Assembly (NCBI GenBank): GCA_946534105.1
Contig: CAMNCG010000002.1
Coordinates: 1 to 51,506, forward strand
Length of the DNA: 51,506 nucleotides
Source of the DNA: an uncultured Verrucomicrobiota bacterium
Lineage (GTDB): Bacteria > Verrucomicrobiota > Kiritimatiellia > RFP12 > UBA3636
Reading direction: 5' to 3'
Part shown: positions 15,084 through 23,065 of the stretch, piece after piece
How positions within the stretch are numbered: the stretch's first letter is position 1
How the letters are laid out: each line of letters starts with the position of its first letter
Notes under the pieces: model-generated
What the model was told of the DNA's origin: nothing
What the model saw: only the letters and a program-made list of their open reading frames with translations
Database searches by the model: none
Made by a program: the position numbers and the translations under genes

Positions 15084-15433
15084 AAGTACTCCTCCCTCTC
15101 TCGATGATGGTCGTCGGCAACGTCTTCATGACGACCGCGTGGTATTGGCATCTGCGCAGTGGCGCCGCGGAAAACAAGCCGCTGCTGCTCATCGTGCTCA
15201 TGAGCTGGGGCATCGCGCTCTTCGAATACATGATCATGGTCCCCGCCAACCGCCTCGGCGCCGCCGCGGGACTCTCGGTGGCGCAGCTCAAGGTCGCCCA
15301 GGAGGTCATCACGCTCCTCGTCTTCGTCCCCTTCGCCTGGCTCGTCCTCGGCGAAAAGCCCCGCCTCGACTACCTCTGGGCCTTTCTCTGCCTCGTCGGG
15401 GCGGTCTACTTCGTCAACCGCTCGAAGTTCTGA
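15080..15433 (+). CDS. DUF486 (DMT-superfamily) small membrane protein
   Basis: MKVLLPLSMMVVGNVFMTTAWYWHL...LIVLMSWGIALFEYMIMVPANRLG...SVAQLKVAQEVITLLVFVPF...AVYFV matches the DUF486 pattern I recall. There is an ATGA overlap with the GNAT stop. Confidence 0.75.
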   Translation: MKVLLPLSMMVVGNVFMTTAWYWHLRSGAAENKPLLLIVLMSWGIALFEYMIMVPANRLGAAAGLSVAQLKVAQEVITLLVFVPFAWLVLGEKPRLDYLWAFLCLVGAVYFVNRSKF

Positions 15434-15440
15434 CCGGAGC

Positions 15441-15977
15441 ATGACCCATCTCGTGTCCGAGAACCCCGTCGCGCAGGCGGTGGGCTTCGTGGCGCTCGGC
15501 GTCACGGTGCTGAGCTACCAGGCCCGCACGACGCGCGGGATCGCCCTGCGACAGGCGGCCGGCAACTTCTTCTGGACGACGCATCTGCTGCTTCTGGGCG
15601 CATGGACTGGCGGCCTGCTCAACGCCCTTGGGCTCGCCCGCGGCGCGGTCTACTCGCAGCGCGGCGCCCGCGCGTGGGCTTCGCGTCCGTTCTGGCCGTG
15701 GCTTTTCAGCGCGCTCTGCGTCGGCGCCGCCGCGTTCGCCGGGCTCTCGCAGGGCGAGGGACCGCGGCTTCTGCTCTCCGCGACCGCACAGTGCATCGGC
15801 TGCTACGCGCTCTGGACGCCCCGCGTCCGCCGCGCCCGGCTCCTGCTGCTCCTCGTCAGCCTCCTCTGGCTCGCCTACGACGCCCTCTCCGGCTCCCTCC
15901 CAGGAACCGCCTGCGAGCTCTTCAGCGAAGCCTCGATCCTCCTGGCCATCGCCCGCGACCGCCGCGCGCGCCGCTAG
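15441..15977 (+). CDS. YgjV-family inner membrane protein
   Basis: The protein is multi-TM, with an N-terminus ...NPVAQAVGFVALGVTVLSYQARTTRGIALRQAAGNFFWTTHLLLLGAWTG typical of YgjV-like proteins (from memory). Confidence 0.6.
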   Translation: MTHLVSENPVAQAVGFVALGVTVLSYQARTTRGIALRQAAGNFFWTTHLLLLGAWTGGLLNALGLARGAVYSQRGARAWASRPFWPWLFSALCVGAAAFAGLSQGEGPRLLLSATAQCIGCYALWTPRVRRARLLLLLVSLLWLAYDALSGSLPGTACELFSEASILLAIARDRRARR

Positions 15978-16510
15978 TCCAACGGGCAGTCGCCGCAGAA
16001 CGCGCGTCGCCCGCAATCGCGGCAGAAGGCTCCCCGCCAGACAGCATCGAACTGTTCGGCAAGCGGCCCGACAATGGTCGGCTCGTCGGTGAGGACGCCG
16101 TTCTCGAAGTTGCGATTTCTTGCGCTCTTGGCGCCCATCCCCGCGCCCGTGAGGTTCGCCGATCCGAAATACGCCTTCACGCCGTCGACGATGATGCACT
16201 TGAAGTGGACGCGCGGACAAAGAACTCGTTCCATCCCGGACCAGAGACCGGGATAGCGGTCGAAGTCCTCGCGCCAGTTCGGCCCAGGCTCCTTCGCATG
16301 GACGAGCCGCACCTCCACCCCGCGCCCGATCAGGTCGGCGAGCACCTTCACGAACGGCACCATCCGGTCCGACCCCGGCGCCGTCTCGACATAGAGGTCC
16401 TTGATGTCCGCCGTGGCGATCCACACCCGCCGCGCCGCCCTCGGCACGGCGTCGCGGATCACGCGCTCGTAGATCGCCCGATCGGATAGAAAGGTCATCA
16501 TGCGGAACAT
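15974..16510 (-). CDS. single-HKD phospholipase D-family (Nuc-like) protein with C-terminal Cys cluster
   Basis: The HKD motif HFKCIIVDGVKAYFGSANLT (HxK-x4-D-x6-GSxN) occurs once. The C-terminus is FCRDCGRRAFCGDCPLD. ATG 16510 lies 4 nt after the upstream stop, and its stop overlaps the convergent ygjV-like stop (CTAG at 15974-15977). Confidence 0.75.
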   Translation of the reverse strand: MFRMMTFLSDRAIYERVIRDAVPRAARRVWIATADIKDLYVETAPGSDRMVPFVKVLADLIGRGVEVRLVHAKEPGPNWREDFDRYPGLWSGMERVLCPRVHFKCIIVDGVKAYFGSANLTGAGMGAKSARNRNFENGVLTDEPTIVGPLAEQFDAVWRGAFCRDCGRRAFCGDCPLD

Positions 16511-16514
16511 CCTA

Positions 16515-17561
16515 TCACGGTGCTGCTCCGGAAACAATCGCGAACTGCCCGGCCCGGTCACAATCGCAGGCGAACTGGGGCTGCGCCTTGAGGATGGTCG
16601 TCCAGTCGTTGCCATTCAGCTTCCGCCAATCGCATCGGGCGGCGAACTCCGGTCGCCCTGCGATCACGTTCGCCCAGTCGTGGCGACTGAGCGTTCGTGC
16701 GTCGCATCGGTCCACGAACTGCGGCTGCCAGGCCAGCAATGCGCGCCAATCCTCCTTTCCGATCTTTTCCCAGTCGCATCGGTCGGCGAACTGCGGCTGG
16801 TGCGAAAGAAGGAGCGTCCATTCGGAACCGCCGAATTCGCTCCAGAGGCCGCATCGATCCGCCAGTTCCGGTTGCCGGGCCAGCATCCACGCCCATTGCC
16901 GGCGGTCGAATTCTTCCCACTTGTCGCACCGGCCGGCGAACTGCGGCTGTTTTTGGAGCAGGAAGTGCCAGTCCTGCGCGGACAGTTCCGTCCACTTGTC
17001 GCATCGGTCGGCAAACTGCGGCTGCCTGCACAGGACATTCGCCCAGTTGGACGCATCGAACCGGTTCCGGAAGTTCAGTCGGTCGGCGAACTGCGGCAGG
17101 AACGAAACGACCCGCTCCACATCGAATGCCGAGCACGCGATCGTCTGTCGCGCGAACTTGCTTTCCTTGCGCATCAGCGCCGACAGTAGGCGTCCGAGCC
17201 CGCTTCGTTCCGTCTTTCTCCAGTCGCATCGGTCGGTCAACTGCGGAGAATCCATCAGAAGGCAGCACCAGTTCTCTCCGGAGATCTTCGACCAGTCGCA
17301 TCGGTCCGCGAAACGAAGGTCCTCACGTAAAAGAGACATCCAGTCGTTGCGGGCGAGCCTCGACCAGTTGCACCGGCCGGCGAACTGCGGCTGCCTCCCG
17401 AGAAGCCAGGCCCAGCACACTCCGTCCATCTCGCCCCACTTGTCGCACCGATCGGCGAATCGCGGCTGCGCGGCGAGCAGTTCGGCCCAGTTCCTTCCGG
17501 AAAGCGTCACCCAGCCGAGTCCGGTCGTGGGCCGGATCGTTTTGGATTCAAGTGTTTTCAT
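16515..17561 (-). CDS. tandem-repeat protein, about 12 units of a 24-25-aa W-x2-LL-x2-QPQFA-x-RCDW repeat (family not recognised)
   Basis: Representative units are WAELLAAQPRFADRCDKWGEMDGVC, WAWLLGRQPQFAGRCNWSRLARND, WMSLLREDLRFADRCDWSKISGEN, ... WTTILKAQPQFACDCD. One central unit is degenerate. The ATG at 17561 forms an ATGA overlap with the upstream small ORF. Confidence 0.7.
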   Translation of the reverse strand: MKTLESKTIRPTTGLGWVTLSGRNWAELLAAQPRFADRCDKWGEMDGVCWAWLLGRQPQFAGRCNWSRLARNDWMSLLREDLRFADRCDWSKISGENWCCLLMDSPQLTDRCDWRKTERSGLGRLLSALMRKESKFARQTIACSAFDVERVVSFLPQFADRLNFRNRFDASNWANVLCRQPQFADRCDKWTELSAQDWHFLLQKQPQFAGRCDKWEEFDRRQWAWMLARQPELADRCGLWSEFGGSEWTLLLSHQPQFADRCDWEKIGKEDWRALLAWQPQFVDRCDARTLSRHDWANVIAGRPEFAARCDWRKLNGNDWTTILKAQPQFACDCDRAGQFAIVSGAAP

Positions 17562-17755
17562 CTGCCCCCAGAACGGTTGCGACGGTTTCCGCCGAAAGGA
17601 AGACGCTTGAAAACTGGCCATACTGCCGAACGGTCCCGGCCGCCGCTCACGGCGGTCGTGCGGGTCTTGAGCAGGTTGTCCAAGAAGCGGAGCGCGTGCT
17701 TCGCTTCGAACTGGAGTGTGGGATGGATGGGATGCAGGGAGGTTTTCGTTTCCAT
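17558..17755 (-). CDS. 65-aa ORF whose first ~39 aa are paralogous to the N-terminus of the 28592..29407 protein
   Basis: METKTSLHPIHPTLQFEAKHALRFLDNLLKTRTTAVSGG aligns with MNTAPSIHPIHPTLQFEARHALRFLDNLLRTRTTSVSGG, and the rest is unrelated. Its stop overlaps the next ATG. It may be a duplicated 5' gene fragment rather than a functional protein. Confidence 0.4.
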   Translation of the reverse strand: METKTSLHPIHPTLQFEAKHALRFLDNLLKTRTTAVSGGRDRSAVWPVFKRLPFGGNRRNRSGGR

Positions 17756-17828
17756 GTCGTGGAGTTCTCTGTTTGGGGGTTCTCTGTTTCCGAGTTGTGC
17801 CGGCGGATTCACCGCCGCAACCGCTCAT

Positions 17829-17844
17829 CGCAATCCCCATGCCA
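17829..17844 (-). promoter_or_regulatory. sigma-54 (-24/-12) promoter candidate
   Basis: The minus strand reads TGGCATGGGGATTGCG against the consensus TGGCACG-N4-TTGCW. It lies 74 nt upstream of ATG 17755. Confidence 0.65.
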
Positions 17845-17854
17845 ACAGGAAAAC

Positions 17855-17881
17855 GGGCCGGAAACGCATCGTTTCCGGCCC
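17855..17881 (-). terminator. hairpin GGGCCGGAAACG-N3-CGTTTCCGGCCC followed by TTTTCC on the minus strand
   Basis: A 12-bp perfect stem lies 38 nt downstream of the stop of the 17919..18620 gene. The T-run merges into the sigma-54 promoter. Confidence 0.65.
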
Positions 17882-17918
17882 AGACCTGTTCAGAATTTAT
17901 GCAACTGGTCAAAAAAAA

Positions 17919-18620
17919 TCATCTCACAAAATGCCGCGCCACATCATTCCAGCACAGCCCGAGTTCGTTCGTCCGGTAGGGATCGGCGCCCATGTCTACA
18001 AGGACGCGCGCCGTCTTTGGACAGGCGAAGCCCCCCTCCCCATTCTGGTCGTCCCGATAGGTCAGATACCACAAAATTCCGTTTCCACGAACGTCGATGA
18101 AGTCGCGTATGTCAGGAACATCGAATCTTTTCCGCAGAATACTGGCGAGAACGTCGTCCTTGACGCGCACCAAGAACGCAATCAGATATTGCCGGTTTAA
18201 AATCCCCACTGGTTCGGGAACGGGAACGATGCCGTCGAGTTCGTGTCCGGATAGGGTTGGCAGCAAATCTTCCCATCCGGGAAGCCATTGTCGGATCTTC
18301 CACCGGCGCATGGCCACAGCATCCGCGAATGCCCGTTGGACAACGGGGTTTTCCATGACATCCCCCTGCAGTAGCGCGTCCACGTTCCACCAGAAATGCG
18401 AATAGCGGACGACGCGCCACAGCGCCGCCTTTGCCGCATGCGGCAAAGGCGACGTGATTGCGTGGGCGAAAAACGAGAGCCGTTCCCCTTCCGGCAATCT
18501 ACGCAAGGCCGGCTTTAACGCACGCTCTATGCTACGCTCGTCGGGACTGGACTCAATGTCATGGAGGAAAGGGCGGATGTCAAGTGGCATATCCGGAAGT
18601 CGGGCATCGGAGGTTTTCAT
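17919..18620 (-). CDS. hypothetical protein with a possible C-terminal ankyrin-like repeat
   Basis: I recognise no family. RGNGILWYLTY...TARVLVDMGADPYRTNELGLCWNDV loosely fits the ANK consensus (G.T.LH.A......V..LL..GAD.N..D..G.T). Confidence 0.5.
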   Translation of the reverse strand: MKTSDARLPDMPLDIRPFLHDIESSPDERSIERALKPALRRLPEGERLSFFAHAITSPLPHAAKAALWRVVRYSHFWWNVDALLQGDVMENPVVQRAFADAVAMRRWKIRQWLPGWEDLLPTLSGHELDGIVPVPEPVGILNRQYLIAFLVRVKDDVLASILRKRFDVPDIRDFIDVRGNGILWYLTYRDDQNGEGGFACPKTARVLVDMGADPYRTNELGLCWNDVARHFVR

Positions 18621-18653
18621 GGAGGGGTGCTGTGAATCGCGCAGATTCCCAAT

Positions 18654-18669
18654 TGCGACCTCCGTGCCA
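18654..18669 (-). promoter_or_regulatory. sigma-54 (-24/-12) promoter candidate
   Basis: The minus strand reads TGGCACGGAGGTCGCA (-12 element TCGC instead of TTGC). It lies 34 nt upstream of ATG 18620. Confidence 0.5.
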
Positions 18670-18680
18670 AGGCGAATAAT

Positions 18681-18706
18681 GGGCCGGAAACTGGCGGTTC
18701 CGGCCC
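18681..18706 (-). terminator. hairpin GGGCCGGAA-N8-TTCCGGCCC (same family as 17855 and 18992)
   Basis: A 9-bp stem, 30 nt downstream of the stop of the 18736..18927 ORF. The following tract on the minus strand (cattattcg) is only weakly T-rich. Confidence 0.45.
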
Positions 18707-18735
18707 CGCTATTGTATCAATTGTTGATCATCTGC

Positions 18736-18927
18736 TCAAAAACCGCGCATTTGGAGGGCGGCCGGATCGACCGGCCCGTCCGGACCGTGTAGGAGAAACG
18801 CCCCGGCCAGAGCGAGCGCCGCGCAGAAGGCCCCTTCGGCAATGACGAAGATCTGTCCCGTCCGCTGCCGCCTCGCCGGCGGCGTTTCGGGATTCGGTGA
18901 TGGAGGTTGTTCGGTTGGTGTTTGCAT
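18736..18927 (-). CDS. 63-aa hypothetical small membrane protein
   Basis: The ATG is preceded by cgAAAGGAatcc. The product MQTPTEQPPSPNPETPPARRQRTGQIFVIAEGAFCAALALAGAFLLHG... has one hydrophobic helix. It sits between a sigma-54-like promoter and a hairpin. Confidence 0.35.
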   Translation of the reverse strand: MQTPTEQPPSPNPETPPARRQRTGQIFVIAEGAFCAALALAGAFLLHGPDGPVDPAALQMRGF

Positions 18928-18964
18928 GGATTCCTTTCGGTTTGGTGGGTTCCCCCCACCCGGA

Positions 18965-18980
18965 AGCACCCGCCATGCCA
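18965..18980 (-). promoter_or_regulatory. sigma-54 (-24/-12) promoter candidate
   Basis: The minus strand reads TGGCATGGCGGGTGCT (-12 element GTGC). It lies 38 nt upstream of ATG 18927. Confidence 0.45.
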
Positions 18981-18991
18981 ACACGCAAAAG

Positions 18992-19015
18992 GGCCGGAAA
19001 CGAGCGTTTCCGGCC
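18992..19015 (-). terminator. hairpin GGCCGGAAACG-AG-CGTTTCCGGCC followed by CTTTTG on the minus strand
   Basis: An 11-bp perfect stem about 170 nt downstream of the McrC-like stop. It is the third member of the hairpin-plus-promoter cassette. Confidence 0.6.
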
Positions 19016-19183
19016 TTGAATTGTTCAGATTTCAAGCGGCCGGTGAACTATTGCGCAAGTCACCATTAGGACACCGTGAAAACAGTGTGTCATCGCGTCA
19101 AGATGGGCAATGAGGTTCGCCGGAGCATTTTCAATGGAAAACAATGATCATCTGCCTGTTCCATGTTATCACAGTGCGACAGC

Positions 19184-20659
19184 TCACTTGGAAGAAATAA
19201 CTTCGAAAAGCTGATCAACCAATCGGGTCACCCATGGCAGGAACTGGCGGCCGAAATCATCGTCAGAAAGCGTTTTCTCCCCCTCCTTCACGTCAGAGTC
19301 GGGAACAACAAGGAAGGCGACATTGAACCGCATTGGATATCCCTGTTGATGGAGTGGCTCGGAGAGAACGACACGCTGGATGTCAGTTTCATTTCGAAGG
19401 CGGCGCCAGCGCGATTCAGAAATGGGATAGATGAATCCGCAGGCGCTGATTCGTCTTGCGTTTCCATATTGCCCTATGTATGTGTGAAGTTGGAATGCAT
19501 CCTCCCGCGACACACCATGCTTTTCATCGTAATACTTGTATTTGGCGTCAAACACGGCAACATGGTCGCCCAGATCGAAAACAAGATCGGGCATGAGTTG
19601 TCGCGAATACCGACCGACAAGCGGGCATGTTGGTATTCGGAAATAATCGTGCTCTTTGCGAACAAGCTTGATTCCCCTTCGGACAAAGCGTTTTCGGAGA
19701 AAGTATTCGTAGAGCATCGAAACATCAAACAAAATGGCGTCAGCCTTTTCCTTGACTGAAAAATCGCTTCCGAAATCCCTCAGAATCGCCTTGGAAAGGT
19801 CGATCAACTCGTTATAGTCCGCGTAAAACGCATTTTTGAAATGCTCAACATTGAGAAGGTTCTTTCGTTTACTGGCCTTTTCCCCGGTCGCCTGCATGAA
19901 TGACTGGCAAATCGGGGCCGTCCTAGAGCAAAATACACTTGTGGACGGTCTACGGCTCAATACATCCCACGCGGTCGCGAACAATTCCGCGGCGGGATTG
20001 TCGTAACTCAGCTCCCGGTATGTGCATCGGGCGCGGCCTCTTTGCGGATAACCATAGTAGTCGATGACATCGACATTTCCTCGAACACCTGCAAGAGATT
20101 CGGTCTTCTGGCGGTAGCATTTCGGCATTCCGAGTCGGAATGCATGGAGCATTTTGACATTCCAGTAATACCCAAGCAGCCAATCGTATCCTTCGCTTGA
20201 CTGAGACGTTCCTCCTTGATCGCGTAGACTGGCAAAGCCGTCCGCGTCCGCAACGATGTGCCGCAGGAAAGAATCGCCGAACCGGGATCCTATCGTCACG
20301 GTTCCAGCAAGCGAGCCGTCGCCCAGACGGCACGAAACGCTTCCTATCAAGTTGCCCGTCGATAGGGAAAAACCGCCGTCACGCCGAACCACCACCGACA
20401 AGAAGGGGTCTTGGGTGTCATGCGAATAGCAATCTTCGCGGAGAACGTGGACTCCGCCGCCCTTTCCTTTCTCGATTCCCTCGCGGACATCCGAGGACAA
20501 CGACGCCCATGTCGATGGACTCTTCCATACCTTGACTCCTCCCCAAATGGAAAGGGGCTGCCGTCCATCCGTCCTGGTATCGACGAGGTCGTTTTCCCCT
20601 TCTGGAGAAAAGACATACTCGTGATTGTCGACGAGCTTGAAGTTTATCGGCTTGGGCAT
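19184..20659 (-). CDS. mcrC: McrC-like PD-(D/E)xK nuclease subunit of a type IV (McrBC-type) restriction system
   Basis: Lies directly downstream (1-nt gap) of the McrB-like gene. The C-terminal ...PDLVFDLGDHVAVFDAKYKYY... fits the D-x(n)-(D/E)xK nuclease motif typical of McrC. Confidence 0.7.
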   Translation of the reverse strand: MPKPINFKLVDNHEYVFSPEGENDLVDTRTDGRQPLSIWGGVKVWKSPSTWASLSSDVREGIEKGKGGGVHVLREDCYSHDTQDPFLSVVVRRDGGFSLSTGNLIGSVSCRLGDGSLAGTVTIGSRFGDSFLRHIVADADGFASLRDQGGTSQSSEGYDWLLGYYWNVKMLHAFRLGMPKCYRQKTESLAGVRGNVDVIDYYGYPQRGRARCTYRELSYDNPAAELFATAWDVLSRRPSTSVFCSRTAPICQSFMQATGEKASKRKNLLNVEHFKNAFYADYNELIDLSKAILRDFGSDFSVKEKADAILFDVSMLYEYFLRKRFVRRGIKLVRKEHDYFRIPTCPLVGRYSRQLMPDLVFDLGDHVAVFDAKYKYYDEKHGVSREDAFQLHTYIGQYGNARRISACGFIYPISESRWRRLRNETDIQRVVLSEPLHQQGYPMRFNVAFLVVPDSDVKEGEKTLSDDDFGRQFLPWVTRLVDQLFEVISSK

Positions 20660-20660
20660 G

Positions 20661-22475
20661 TCAATCTACGCCGAATGTCTTGGCGAACTGATCCACGGGA
20701 TTCTCGGACTCCTTGTTGAACGAACCCCTGAGGTACTCTTCGAGAAGTGGCCGTAGCGCGTCATCCCAGATTGCCTGTCGAAGATTCTTAACCTTCCATT
20801 CGAGCTGGGCTCCGTCATATTTCAATCCCATCAGGTAGGCATGGCCGATGCGATAGTCCGAGCCAAGCGACGGATGGTTCTTGATGGCCTCGTTCAGCTT
20901 GCTCCAATTATCCACAAGCTTTTGGCGGGCATCCTCCTGAATCCAATTCTGGTGCTGGGCCAGGTAATTGGTCAACACATTGGCATTGGGTTCGACATGC
21001 TGCCATGCGAACCTACGGCGCAACGCGAAATCGAAGCTCTCCACGCTTCTGTCAATCGTGTTCATCGTGCCGATGATATAGACATTTGTCGGGACGAAAA
21101 ACAGTGCCTCGCCATCCTTCAAGCGAAGCATCGCGTCGTCCTCCTCGTTGAGTTCGGCGTACTGCGTGCTCACGGCGCCTTGGGCTCCCCTGTATTCAAG
21201 GCAGAACATCAATTCGCCGAAGGTGCGGGAAAGCTCGGCTCGGTTGATTTCGTCGATCAGCACGAAATAGGGCGGCAGCATGGCGGACAGTTTGCATTTG
21301 GGGAATCGTTCCCCTGCGTCGAAAACGACCTTCCAATAGTGATCGTTGTTGTCTGTTTTCGCCAGGAGCTTTTCCTTTGCCGAGTCGTCCGACATCAGTT
21401 TTTCGACGGGTTCGTCAAGATAGGAACGATTCACGTTGCCTTCTGGATGAATGCCAAGTTCCGCGAGGTCGATTTCCCATCTCCCCGCCTTTCGGCAGAA
21501 TTCCTTGAACTTTCCGTTTTTCAAGCGAAGTTCGGTCCTTGTCACCTCTGGGTCTTTGGAGCCTTTGCCTTTGATCTGGACTGGGCGAAGACCTTCAATG
21601 AAATCCTCGTAGCCGAACGAAGGATGGAATTGAAGCTGGAGATAATGGGAATTGAAATCCTCTCCCTTTCGGCAGCTGCTCATTGCCTTCCACACAAGAA
21701 ATGCGATTTGCATTTCCCGTCTTGAAATAAAGGTCTTCCCGGTGCCCGGAGGCCCGTATTTGACAACCTGCTTTTTCAACTGGAATGGAGAACAGAAGCA
21801 CTCGTGGAGGTGCCATACGAAGATATTGCGGCGGGCATTGTCGACCTCGATTCTTTCCCCCGGATCAAACTGCAGCGCCGCTTTCAACTGCTCCGTCAAA
21901 TGCAGATTTCTCGAGTGCCAATCCTTATTTTGCCCTTCGGTCGGACTGTCGATGATTTCACAGTTAATCAATGTCTTGTACAGAGAATCGAATCTTCCAT
22001 TGTCGACGACCACCGAAAGGTCCGGGTTGCAAGCGCTGGCGAACCGGTTAAACCGTAGGTAGGGCTTTCTTGCCGTTGTCTTCTCTTCCCCTGCCTGGGC
22101 GGGCTCAGCATTGATGGCGTCTATGACTTGACAACCGGCGGAAACCAATCTCTCATAACCTTGTTGGGTCGGCGCCTTCATGTAATCCGTGGCCGCAGCG
22201 AGGAAGTCTCCGTCGGCAACAATCCTCTCGTAATTCCGGTGGCTGAGCATGGCCATACCCGTGTTGGAAATCCCATTTCCGGATTCGCTGTTCTCCTGAA
22301 TGAGCCACTCCAGCAGGTCTTTGTCGGAGGTTGCAGAAAGAGGAGTTTGAGCCAATGTCGCACGCCGCTCGATAACTCTGGCCACAGTCTTCTGGTACTC
22401 GTTGTACCACCACTGGTCCTGGTCGCGATTGTCCCAGTAATACTTGTACAGTTCTTTGATCAAGTCAACGTTCAT
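20661..22475 (-). CDS. mcrB: McrB-like AAA+ GTPase subunit with a ~250-aa unrecognised N-terminal domain
   Basis: Three motifs form the McrB-family AAA+ signature as I remember it: Walker A VKYGPPGTGKTF, Walker B / McrB box FVLIDEINRAELSRTFGELMFCLEYRG, and YIIGTMNTIDRSVESFDFALRRRFAW. Confidence 0.85.
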   Translation of the reverse strand: MNVDLIKELYKYYWDNRDQDQWWYNEYQKTVARVIERRATLAQTPLSATSDKDLLEWLIQENSESGNGISNTGMAMLSHRNYERIVADGDFLAAATDYMKAPTQQGYERLVSAGCQVIDAINAEPAQAGEEKTTARKPYLRFNRFASACNPDLSVVVDNGRFDSLYKTLINCEIIDSPTEGQNKDWHSRNLHLTEQLKAALQFDPGERIEVDNARRNIFVWHLHECFCSPFQLKKQVVKYGPPGTGKTFISRREMQIAFLVWKAMSSCRKGEDFNSHYLQLQFHPSFGYEDFIEGLRPVQIKGKGSKDPEVTRTELRLKNGKFKEFCRKAGRWEIDLAELGIHPEGNVNRSYLDEPVEKLMSDDSAKEKLLAKTDNNDHYWKVVFDAGERFPKCKLSAMLPPYFVLIDEINRAELSRTFGELMFCLEYRGAQGAVSTQYAELNEEDDAMLRLKDGEALFFVPTNVYIIGTMNTIDRSVESFDFALRRRFAWQHVEPNANVLTNYLAQHQNWIQEDARQKLVDNWSKLNEAIKNHPSLGSDYRIGHAYLMGLKYDGAQLEWKVKNLRQAIWDDALRPLLEEYLRGSFNKESENPVDQFAKTFGVD

Positions 22476-22528
22476 TCTGATTGTCCTTTCTTTGCAAGGT
22501 TATGCAATTTCCTTGATGTTTGGTTTAT

Positions 22529-23065
22529 TCATGGAGATTCCGTTTTCATCAGGTTGTCGTACACCTGCTTGTCCCGCTCCGAGAAGCAGCAGAAGATCAC
22601 TTCCATTTCGGGGCGGGCGGAGTCCCGCCCCGAAAGGAAAGCCCGCATGGTGTCGACCGAGATTCTCGCGGCGTCTTCGATGGGATAGCCGTAGACGCCG
22701 GTGGAGATGCAGGGGAAGGCGATGGATTTGCAGCCGTTCTCCGCCGCGAGGGCGAGGGAGTTGCGGTAGCAGGCGGCGAGGAGCTCGGGCTCGCCGTGGC
22801 GGCCGTCGCGGTAGACGGGGCCAACGGTGTGGATGACGAACTTCGCGGGGAGCTTGAAGCCGGGCGTGATGCGCGCTTCGCCGGTCGGGCAGCGGACGCC
22901 CGACCGGACTTCCGGGACCTTGAGGCAGGCTTCGAAAAGCTCGGGGCCGGCGGCGCGGTGGATCGCGCCGTCCACCCCGCCGCCCCCGAACATGCGCTGG
23001 TTGGCGGCGTTGACGATGGCGTCGACGGAAAGGGTCGTGATGTCGGCTTGGGCGATTCGAATCAT
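22529..23065 (-). CDS. macrodomain protein (YmdB / O-acetyl-ADP-ribose deacetylase-like)
   Basis: MIRIAQADITTLSVDAIVNAANQRMFGGGGVDGAIHRAAGPEL...FVIHTVGPVY...IAFPCISTGVYGYP shows canonical Macro motifs (NAAN, GGG.DGAIH, ISTG.YG.P). There is an ATGA overlap with the upstream exonuclease gene. Confidence 0.9.
   Translation of the reverse strand: MIRIAQADITTLSVDAIVNAANQRMFGGGGVDGAIHRAAGPELFEACLKVPEVRSGVRCPTGEARITPGFKLPAKFVIHTVGPVYRDGRHGEPELLAACYRNSLALAAENGCKSIAFPCISTGVYGYPIEDAARISVDTMRAFLSGRDSARPEMEVIFCCFSERDKQVYDNLMKTESP

Noticed and set aside
16588-18100. Plus-strand ORFs 16588..17610 and 16697..18100, and minus-strand 16558..17301, across the repeat gene.
   Set aside because: The 72-75-nt DNA periodicity keeps several frames open. 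Only the minus-strand frame 16515..17561 gives a regular repeat with conserved Trp/Cys positions and sensible coupling to its neighbours.
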